A stretch of DNA of 62,632 bases, filler included, from Basidiobolus ranarum (taxonomy: Eukaryota): NCBI GenBank assembly GCA_040143965.1. It is 25 parts of 25 records of this genome, joined end to end, with 100 filler letters (N's around TTAATTAATTAA, not from the genome) between each part and the next. Parts side by side here need not be neighbours in the genome. Positions count along the whole stretch, not along the records: positions 52,732 to 55,133 come from JASJQH010003378.1; positions 55,234 to 57,633 come from JASJQH010003379.1; positions 57,734 to 60,133 come from JASJQH010003380.1; positions 60,234 to 62,632 come from JASJQH010003381.1; 21 more parts are not named here. The stretch is one strand, 5' to 3'. The translations under genes and the position numbers were made by a program. This document shows, in pieces, positions 52,732-62,632 of the stretch. Every line of letters begins with the position of its first letter. Position 1 is the stretch's first letter. The notes under the pieces were generated by a model. It was not told where the DNA came from. It did not search any database and was given only the letters and a program-made list of their open reading frames with translations.

Positions 52732-53220
52732 TGATGCAAGGATGATCAGGTGACCTTCCATGGAAGATCTTGGCAGAAATACACTATGTGTGGGATGATA
52801 TGATTGGTTAGGTTTCATGGAATGTTTCAACGAACATGACTTCCATATAAGGTAATCTGGACCAACTAACACAAGATTGCCAAGAAGAGATGGCACAGCA
52901 GATATGATGTCATAATCTAAAAATAGAGGAGTTCTATCTGAAGTGGATCAGTATGTTGAGTTCAGAATCATGACAATTCCACTGTTGACTAATAATGGAG
53001 CAGAAATTTGACAACCAATGGAGAGGCCCCTTCAAAATTTTTAATGTTGTAGGTAATGGAAGCTATTACACAGCAAAAGTTGATGGAACAGAACTCTGAC
53101 TACCAGTTGCAGGGAATCAACTAAAGTTATTTAAGACTAGAGGAAATGACTCAACCTGCTGAGTTAGGTTCTTTACTTGAGATCAAAATTGAGAGGGGAT
53201 CAATTTAGTGGGGCAGCATT
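52732..53220 (+). mobile_element. Ty3/gypsy integrase C-terminal remnant and probable PPT
   Basis: WRGPFKIFNVVGNGSYY..KVDGTEL..PVAGNQLKLF (GPF motif), followed by the purine-rich GAGAGGGG...AGTGGGG. Related sequence recurs at ~54995-55133. Confidence 0.6.
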
Positions 53221-54599
53221 ACTACCCACTGGCTGATTGACTTATTTTCACTCCAAGCTCATATCATTACTATTACACAATTTCTATTTTATTATCCTTG
53301 TTTGACTTACCAATATCTTCTAGCCAATTATATTACACCATTAGTATTATCACAAATAATTTTGATTTATCAGTATTAACCTAAAATAGTCCATTTATTT
53401 TCTGCATATTGTACAATCTTCCAGAACATTACACAAGATTCTTGGAATATTGGATGATTCATTGAATTTTGAACAATCAAAACTTGATTTTGCCAGAATA
53501 TTCCATGGCATTGTTTCTTATTCTACAATCATCCAGAACATTTCATGGCTTACCAATCTTTTGCTTTATGATGATATCATTACCCCAGATACCCACTAAT
53601 AGAATTCTCCAGGACTTTCAGGAATTTCTCATTAGTGATCATTGCTACCATCAGAAAAGTATAAATCAGAGCCATATCTTTTCAAATTAAAATCATCCTG
53701 TTTTTCAACTAACAATTATTATTTGTGATCACCCCTGATTTTCATCACCACTTACAAGATATTTGAAGTGGAAGCTCAAGAGAGACTACTAGAGACAGCG
53801 TCAGGCTACTGTGTGACCATAAGTGAGACTTTCTGCGTTGATGTGTAGAACTGTGCACAAGCAGCAATGGCTGTTTAATCCATTAAGTTAAGGCTCTACC
53901 TCTGAAGAAGAGACTGTAGATTCAAACAAATCACAAACTATACCAGACAAGCCAACACATACTACAGTACATCAACTTCAAACCACAACTCATGATGGCC
54001 AAGGTAGAGGAACTTCAGCAGGATCAAACAAACCAACCCAGTATAGAGGTTGAAGCAAAGATCCTTCCATGGAAATATTAAGGAGACACCAAAAATAACA
54101 GAAGCAAATCAGCATGGGCTAGTTCACACCTGGCCTACTACTGAATGCAATTGTTCATTTCTTACATTATCCTCTCTTTACTGTTTAGCATATCATGTTT
54201 ATTGATATGGTTTGCAGTTAAATACGGTATCAATTTCATTAGCTAGATCACAATTGCTTATTCCTTTGTGGAACACAGATAGCGTGAAATCATCATATAA
54301 CAAAAAAATCAAGATGGCCTATTAAAGCAAGCAATCTCACTTCAATTAACTGAAAATGTCTGACAATAAAAAGCTTGTGCAACCATATTGGCTTGATATG
54401 GCTCAATGTATTCATATTCTCACCAAAACTTACATTGCTGAATGAATAATTTGCTGATCTAAAAATGATGAAGCAAGCAATCCTGGGCAATACTAACATA
54501 CTGTATATCAATTCATCACCAAGTGCTGTAATTTGTCACTGGTATGCCAAAACTACTGGTGTTTCATAATGCAGGAGCCATTATGTGCAGTTGAAGATC

Positions 54600-54988
54600 A
54601 GGATATTATGTAAGGAAGAGACAAATGATTGGCCTATTAAGATAGGAATGTCTTGATTTTATAATTCAATAGGTAAGTTACAGTGTAAGTTTTTTATTGT
54701 TACACATTCAATAATTGGTAATTTACATACTAGGGGATGAACTTGCATTGCCAGTTACCCAAAGTTGTAATTTCTCAAAACTATATTGAGTAACTTGGTA
54801 CAAGCTGGCACAATATCTCCAAAATAATCCTCATATCAGATTGTGGTGGGATGGCGCCATATTATTCCTTATAGTGGCCAATTGAGTGTTATAGAAACTG
54901 GCAATGATATCTGACTGCTCATGCCAGATGTTTGTTAGCAGTCTGGATTAAGTGGTACAATCTGGCCTGGTCTAACAGAACAAGCCTA
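54600..54988 (-). mobile_element. hAT-like DNA transposon end (diverged)
   Basis: Reverse complement of 42218-42616; ends GAACAAGCCTA. Confidence 0.6.
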
Positions 54989-57733
54989 AAGAACATGATT
55001 TCCATAAAATGGAACCTGCATGCCAAGCAAGGATTGCGCAGAAGATGTGATGCCATTATCTAATAATAGTCAAGTTCTATTTGCAGTGGACAAGTATGCC
55101 AAGATCAGAATCATGACAGTATCCCCTCTTTAANNNNNNNNNNNNNNNNNNNNNNNNNNNNNNNNNNNNNNNNNNNNTTAATTAATTAANNNNNNNNNNN
55201 NNNNNNNNNNNNNNNNNNNNNNNNNNNNNNNNNATTCAATGGAATTCAAAACTATGGGATTCTCACAACAAATGACGTAGATTTGAAGGGCCGTCATTAA
55301 GGCCACCGATGGCCAGCCTTGCGGAAAGCAAATAGTATGCACGGCTTACTCACCCCTGGCACTGCCATATTCGAAGCAAATACCAAGTGCATGATTGTAT
55401 TGTATTTCTAAACCACTTTTCATGGGAAATCGAGAACCGAGACCCTCCTTCATCGCAACTGCTCAATGGTATGCTTAATTTGTAAGGCTGGATAATTGGT
55501 CTTTGTCAGAGCCCGAGAATATTGAGAACAGTCGATCTGCTCACACATATACTCTGTTTGCCGCCGATTGATGATGACTATACACTTCAAGACACTCCTA
55601 TGCACCAGGTAACACTGGTTTTCCCCAATCGAGGATGACTAAGTTTATTTCATCTATATACTGAACCAAACTACGCTCGTACCAACCCAGGATTCTCATT
55701 CTGTGAAATTGATAGTTCTTCAGTATTTGGCAATGTCTGGGAGCTGTGTGCCCATATAACCAGAGCCTAGCAAATGGTAGCTGGTTTGATGTTTTTCCAA
55801 GGAGATTAATTGGCAAGAGGATCGTAGATCAGTCATGTAATTGCAAGGGATATACTGGCTGTTTGTAGCTGAGTGCGCTTGTCTTCTATTTTTGGAGTGG
55901 TCTTATAAGTAGATTATGAGAGTTAGACACGTTCCGACTCACCTTTCGTGCAGATTCATGAGTGAGATTTCGCCTTACTTATCCTCCTATTCCGCAATTA
56001 CGGTATTTTAACTGGATGCACCAGCGTTAGGCCTGATCACATTGGGTATGCTAATTGTTTAATTTTGGATGGAACGATTTCCTTTCCCTTCGATCTATTT
56101 TGTGATGCCCCAGGTGTTCGTACAACTATCCATCATCGCTCTTACCTTCTTTTGTAACTGAGGGCTGATACGACTCAAGTACATATCCCCAAACCTTCAA
56201 CCTGTGTAATTAAGGTCGCCACTTTTGGCTGACAGTTGATGTAACGTGAAATAATAGCAAACTTCACCCTGTACTTTCGATCGCTCACCTAAACGTCCTT
56301 CGCAATAGGATGCTAAAGCCTATCCAACATGCCCTGTATGATCTGATACTCGTGCATAAGCAAGATCATATGCTATTGCTCCTAGTTTTGCCGAATTTTT
56401 TTGGGATACGAGTTTCTCATTAGTAGTAGCACAGGTTGGATATACATCAGATTTGGATGTTTATTATGTATATTTTATTGTCGCATGTTACTCCCCATGA
56501 AGTTACATGAACACCAGTAGTATACAGAGAACTACTGATGGGTTCACATTGAAGATGTGTGAACCAACGCGAAACACAGGCCATATACAATGCCATTGTC
56601 AATATTAGGCGGGTCCATGTTGAATAATGTACAGCACCAAGAAATGGCTTGATTTAGATGTAAGCCACAGGTAAATTGATCCATCTTGTTGCACCAACCG
56701 ACTTCTACATCACTAAAACATGCCTCAAAACTAGTCTTTTCTTCTTCTTTCTATTGAGATGGACACTGTGATTCATTTTATTTACTTCAAGGGGCCACAG
56801 GCGAATTGTCTCTTACAATTCTAGCCTACATTCAAGTAAAGGGATGCAATTGTGTTATTTAGATATTATAATAGTATTGCTGATTTTACTTCTGGTAATC
56901 CAAAGTGTGATGGGAGAATAAAAATACTCTAGAGTGGTCTTTCCCAATTGGTGACAAAAAAACCTGCTTCTGGATAACATAGACATATTCTAGAATGATA
57001 AGAGCTAGCATTATATCTTTCTACTTTGTTCTAGTAGCATTAAGCAGAAAAATGTTCAAAAAGAATGAACATGAATATTGTAGCATTGTTACTTCACTTC
57101 TGCCTAATATAATCGTTACCAATTATGTAAGCAATAACCGATAGCTTTAAGCGCTTCGCCGATCGATCGATAGTAGTATTTCTGAATCGAGGGAAGGGGG
57201 TGTTTTCATCAAAATTAGGCCAGATGATATAATAAAGGAATATACCGAATTGTTGGTGTCAGGTATGTTACCAAATCGTGCATGATATTCCTTTTTTAAT
57301 ATAGGATTAAGGGATTTAGATACAACAAAATGGAGAATCTATGGATTCGCTATATTTAAATTCCCCAATGAATATATAATATATATATATAGACATATTA
57401 TAGCACATATTCACTGCCTTGTGTGAAAGAAATTTTATCAACATAAGCATCATTTACTCCAATCTAAATTAGATCAGCGATTGCATTCTATAGTGTATTC
57501 AAGACTACTACTTGATGTGACCATACACTAGGTATACATATGGTTCAGCCGTTCAATAAAAGGGTGGGACAGAGATTGTTCTGAATTGCTTGATTGGTGT
57601 ATAACTTTTAAACAAGAGGCATAGAGAGTTGGGNNNNNNNNNNNNNNNNNNNNNNNNNNNNNNNNNNNNNNNNNNNNTTAATTAATTAANNNNNNNNNNN
57701 NNNNNNNNNNNNNNNNNNNNNNNNNNNNNNNNN

Positions 57734-57839
57734 GAGTGTTATAGGACCCAGCCATGGTAATTGACAGATCGCGCCAGATGGTGTACTAGCAGGCTGGATT
57801 GAGCAGCACGATCTGACCTGGTCCGATGGAACAAGTCTA
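57734..57839 (-). mobile_element. hAT-like DNA transposon end (CpG-retaining copy)
   Basis: Ends GATGGAACAAGTCTA; matches 42218-42323. Confidence 0.65.
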
Positions 57840-58578
57840 TAAAACTAATTTGTTAGTGTGATAATCTGAGGGTATTTCTAGGAAAGCTGCATGTCATACT
57901 TCTTGGTAAGATAGATTATGTTACACGGTATTATTGTTTTAGCCATTGGGTAATCTATCCAAGCAATGACACATCTACTTGTGCCAGAGCATTTGTTGAC
58001 TGCAAGTTGGGGATATTTTGGCTGAATTCTTTACAGAAATTGCCTAAATCCAAGAGCTTATTCTGATTGTGAATGGTGACAAGAGTCTGATAGTTGCCTA
58101 GTGTCAGTGTCATTCAAAATTTCAGGTGTTTAGCAATTTTTCCACCATCACTTAGCTGGTAAAGCATATTAGTGTTGTTGAGTTTTATCTCTTCAGTCAA
58201 GTATATGCTTATGTAAAGACCAAACACAACAAGATTCTTGTATTATTGAATATTGATTATGGCTTGAATACAAAGCCAAAAATATCTTAATAAAGGAATG
58301 AATATTTTTTCAAATTCCTACAGCAGTAAACCCAATAATTTGCTATTTGAAAATTAGTTTTTTGCAAAAATTGTTGGAAGTTAAAGAACACATGCCAAAT
58401 ATGAGGATCAATGCTTTACCATTTAGGAATGGTGTCAAAATACCATGAAGAAGCCACCATCTCACCATTGCAATCTCTGGCAGAAGAAAGTCAATAATAC
58501 TTTGATGGTTCTCTGACAGTTTTGCAACCCAGAAGGGTGGATCCAATCTGGATCCAATTGATTTTAGTTCTGTTAGGG
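57840..58578 (+). mobile_element. CMC/EnSpm-like transposase 3' region running to the element end (TGTTAGGG)
   Basis: 57860-58040 matches 23975-24155; 58220-58578 matches 15107-15441. Confidence 0.7.
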
Positions 58579-60133
58579 TTAAATCAAAGCTAGAGTGGAA
58601 CAGCTCCGATCAAGTAGAACATCTCTTCTTGAAGAAGATATAGTGATCATACTACTGTGAAGCTTGTCAGACAAGTTTGGCAATCTCATAATTGCATTAG
58701 TACAAAGATCAGAGCCATTTACAATGGAATATATTGATGTCAGGGTTTTGAATGAGCAATCAAAGAGATCCGATATTTGGCATATTAATTTGATTCAGAC
58801 ATTTTTTAAAGTTTTAAAACATTCATCAGGCTGCTGTAATTTAATTTAGATTGGGAAGCTTCCCAGCATATGGCAAACCACAAAGATTGGAATTCCAGCT
58901 TAGAACCAATTTAAACAATGAAATTTAAGTTAGGATAATACTATACACTAAATGCAGGATTGTAAGAGCACAGATTTGCTCAATCTAGTTTTACTCCAGC
59001 TACACCTGTTGCAAAACTGGATGAAAAACTCTATGTACCAAACATGGCTCACAATCTGCTATCAGCAAGCCAAATAACAGCTCAGGGACTCTAACTTATG
59101 TTCCACAAGGCTGGATACACCAATTATGCTCTAAATAGCATTGTATATAGTACATAGATCAAAACTCATAGCTAGTGTAGGCAGAAAATCCACAAAATGT
59201 ATTCCAAGTATTCTAACCTGGCTACAGCTGGGTTAACAAGCCGTCAGATGTGACATAGAAGATTACGCAACATTGAGGAACAAAAAATGATCCAAATGAT
59301 GTAAAATTAGTTTGTCTCAGGCTCAAAAATAGGAAATTTGACAACATTGAATATATATGAAGGGTGAATATATGGAAAACTTCACAGACAGCCATTTTCA
59401 AGCCCTCAGGATGTCACATCCACTCAAAGTTTATATTGATTTATTCTGTCAAATTTGGGCCTTTATTATACATCTTACTGGGAGGCCACAGGTACCTTAT
59501 GGCCATTATTGACATAACAAGATACACTTGCTTGTTCTTTTTCAAATGAAATTTAAAGCCTCAGCATGTTTCAAGAACTACAAAGCAATAGCAGAGCAAG
59601 AATCAACATAAACACTCAGGGCTATAAGGTGTCTTGATGGTTGTTAATAATGATCATACACTTTGTAAGTTTTTGTTTTGAAATGGAATTAAGCAACCAA
59701 CTACGGTACCTGATACTCCACCACAAAATGGAGTTGTAAAATTTGCTAATATAAATGTAAGGGAGAAGGCAATGTCTATTATACATGATCAAAAGTTAGA
59801 TTACAACAAGCAGGTTGAATCTGTCTCCATCACAGTCATGATCAAAAACAGATGCCCAACAAGAGTGCTACAAGTTATAGCTCCATTTGAAGCCCTGTAT
59901 AGATCAAAACAAATTTTAGAACATCTGTGGATCTTCATAGTTCTATATATTGGCTCATTTGAGCTCAAAAATGCTCTGAATAGAGATGCAGAAGCTGTAA
60001 TAGTGTATTTTTAGGCTACTATGATGATTCTAAGGCCAGCACACTGTTTTAAATCAAAAATCAGTAGTTAACATGTGTGGAGTTGGGATAATTGATCAAA
60101 AAGCTAACTATTCAGCTCAAGTTACAGTTCTTG
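58579..60133 (+). mobile_element. Heavily decayed copia gag-protease-integrase (family B-like)
   Basis: SDKFGNLIIAL..RSE..TMEY as at 19318; LYVPNMAHNLLS; TVPDTPPQNGV; KNRCPT. Confidence 0.85.
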
Positions 60134-60484
60134 NNNNNNNNNNNNNNNNNNNNNNNNNNNNNNNNNNNNNNNNNNNNTTAATTAATTAANNNNNNNNNNN
60201 NNNNNNNNNNNNNNNNNNNNNNNNNNNNNNNNNCGTCCATATTAAGTTTTGAAAAAGTATGTTTAGCTTGAAGGACAGCACAAATGCGATCAACAGATAG
60301 TTTGAAATTGCGCTCAGCTTGGGAAGGAGCAGTAGCGGCATCAGTATCAGTATCAACAACGCCTGTGACAACAATGTCGGCAGTATTATATTCTTCATTA
60401 GCAACCGACTCTACTTCAGTAAGACCTTCCAGATGCCGAACTCCAGCATTTAACTCCAAAGGAATCTAAGTATATGAGCAAGTT

Positions 60485-61345
60485 TTAGGATTTGTCGAAG
60501 CATCCGAAAGTGTCTTCCGTTTCAATTGCTCGCTGGTTTTTTGTGTATCGAAAAACAGACTTATTTTGAGGAGTACTCGTTTCATGCATACAATATAAAA
60601 GATCACTACGAACAGGATTGATAACCACACACTTATCTATAGTCTTAAGGATTTCATCTTTTGACAACTCTTCAATACAAGGAACACCATCATCAACAGC
60701 CTTCATTTTCCGGCGACTGCTTAAAGCGCCTCTTCTGGCAGTGCTGAAGTTTTGTTTGAGTATAGACATACCGACTCCATCTGTTTCAATGGTCCCTTCA
60801 AACTTCATTGTCTTGGCATTTTGACTTTTGAGAGCTTTACAGTTTAGATTAACAACACTACCCTAAATATCAACCTTGTTTCCAGTGAAATTCTTGTTCT
60901 TCAATATATGATAGTTCAAGGTCTTAGTATCTACAGTTATACAAGAAGGGATAAAGCCTTTTCGCAGTGGGAAGCAGTTAGACAATTTCATATTATTATC
61001 TTCACATATTTTCGTGAGCATAAAAAATGGGCATAAATGCTGCTGCAGGTTTGCTTTGGATTTGATGCACAGCCATGTCGTCCAAGAAATTTGCTGGGGC
61101 AGTTGGTACAGTTCTTGAAGATATTTCTGCTTTAATCTTATCACAAACATCAAGTATATTGGCTTTGACTGAAGTTTTTATTTCCTCTTCTGAGCAGCTG
61201 TTGTTTTTCATATCTTGAGTCAGCTTCTTGATCTTTTCTTTTTTTTCTTAGAACCTTGTTTATAAACATTCTGAAATGATTTCCAAAGTGAAGTGCTATA
61301 TTATTAATGTAGGCAGTATGAAGCTTGGTGCTTTCATAAATTGCT
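60485..61345 (-). pseudogene. Fanzor1-like (eukaryotic TnpB-derived) nuclease remnant
   Basis: AIYESTKLHTAYINNI..HFGNHFRMFIN...CFPLRKGFIPSCITVDTKTLNYHILK...DI*GSVVNLNCKALK...MKFEGTIETDGVGMSILKQN...CIEEL...KCVVINPVRSDLLYCMHETST...FRYT. This matches my recollection of Mucoromycota-type Fanzor1 (FPLR, TDGV, RuvC-I IDPGR.DL). Confidence 0.75.
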
Positions 61346-61367
61346 ACAACAAAACTGAAATAAAAGA

Positions 61368-61850
61368 TCAGGCACCAAAGACTTGAGCCCAGTAGTGTCT
61401 ATTGGCAACATAACCAGATCCAAAAGAGGTGAATTGAGAATTGAGAATGTTTCGTCGATGTCCAGCAGAATTCATCCAACCTTCCATGACAGCCTCGATA
61501 CTAGAATACCCCTGAGCTACGTTTTCCCGATAGATCTCCATTTGAAACCAGTTTCAGTAACACGGGTACTCAAAGGTCTTCCAAGTTCGTCGTGGGTCAT
61601 TTTGTCTACACGAGCTTGATAATCAGTATGCTTTTGAGCTGCTTGTACCAAACGATTGTCCAGTTTAAGTGGTTTAACTCCATTTTGTTGACGTTGCTGG
61701 TTAACGAGAGTGAGCATTTTTGTGAAGATCCCTGTTGCCTGATGGGGATGTTTTCACTTTCCTTTGATGTCTATTAATATAACTGACATCTTGGGAACCC
61801 GCAATAACTAAGGTTAGGGGAATAGGAATAATTGCATAAAGAGAGCACAT
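61368..61850 (-). pseudogene. Secreted CAP/SCP-domain protein (bacterial YkwD-like type) with two frameshifts
   Basis: Signal-like MCSLYAIIPIPLTLVIAG; MLTLVNQQRQQNGVKPLKLDNRLVQAAQKH..MTH; after a frameshift ENVAQGY.....VMEGWMNSAGHRRNILN...YWAQVFGA*. Confidence 0.85.
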
Positions 61851-62632
61851 GTGAACCAGATATCGGAATACATACAAATGAGTTCTATAACGAAACAATT
61901 CGTTCTATGCACTAAGTAGTTTGTGTATAATTTATAACGCTAAGAAATGCCCAAACACGTAGGGATCAGTGAGAGTAAGGAATGAGCCAAAAAAGACTTA
62001 GACTAAGAGAGTTAATTCACATAGAGCTTAAACCTTATTTCAAAGGACTGACTCATCAGTTTTTGTTATTAAACCCTATATGGGACTCCTACGGTTAGGG
62101 TTAGGTAAATATGGTACTGATGGATGATCACTGTATTCAAAATCCGAACTCAATATGGACGAGAAAGACGAGATCACTAAGTAGATGAGGTAGTACACCT
62201 AAGTTTCTCATGGTCGGGTGTGGCTTGACCTATTACCCATAGTATGTGTGCAAAGAATCGTATGAAGCTATAAATAAGGTGTTGGCTTTTCATTCTATTC
62301 TCAAGTTACAATCATTTGACATTGAAGTTGTAAATGTCCCAAATCTTCCGTCCAGAAAGCGAGAAAAATGCTCGCTCAATCACTATAACAACCAAGGATG
62401 GTTCTGTGAATCATGTTACTTCATTGAATCGTATTATTGCATTTATTCAATGGCATTACGGCACTACCACTAATAACAGAACTCCAGAACAGATCGAGAA
62501 AGAACGTTATCTTTACGGGGATATCGCCTTCAACCGTTGGTTACCGATGTCAGCCGCGGTGCAAATTCAATTATGCTGTGGTTCACTATATGCATGGAGT
62601 GCATTTAACAGCTTGATTGATTTGCATGTAAG

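Noticed and set aside
55234-56400. Kinase/Sel1-repeat pseudogene on the minus strand (FGSVYR; QYNHALGICFEYG)
   Set aside because: Only two weak motif-like strings among many stops; cannot be supported without a search.
62094-62106. Telomeric TTAGGG repeats (also ~51692)
   Set aside because: Only about two units, internal to the contigs; compatible with chance.

Overview
This window is not one genomic locus. It is 25 unrelated short contigs (2421 down to 2399 bp, in decreasing length) joined by identical 100-nt linkers (N44-TTAATTAATTAA-N44), so adjacency across linkers has no biological meaning. The DNA is eukaryotic and most likely fungal: short GT-AG introns, fungal-type SulP, sugar porter and protoglobin genes. 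A bacterial-like NRPS plus a bacterial-type CAP gene would fit an early-diverging fungus such as Basidiobolus, but that is inference. About two-thirds is decayed, nested, CpG-depleted transposon DNA: at least two Ty1/copia families with Ty5/copia-type half-tRNAiMet primer sites, Ty3/gypsy pol, a LINE-like RT, a CMC/EnSpm (CACTA-like) DNA transposon with CCC termini and a divergent second ORF, and hAT-like ends. Host gene fragments are a sulfate permease, an intronless NRPS module (C-A-N-methyltransferase), a tail-anchored protoglobin, an MFS sugar porter C-terminus, an orphan ORF and a CAP pseudogene. The three strongest signals are a 282-bp solo LTR with a 5-bp TSD that contains a complete tRNA-like Pol III unit (Helenus-like), a Fanzor1 (eukaryotic TnpB-derived RNA-guided nuclease) remnant, and the N-methylating NRPS module.
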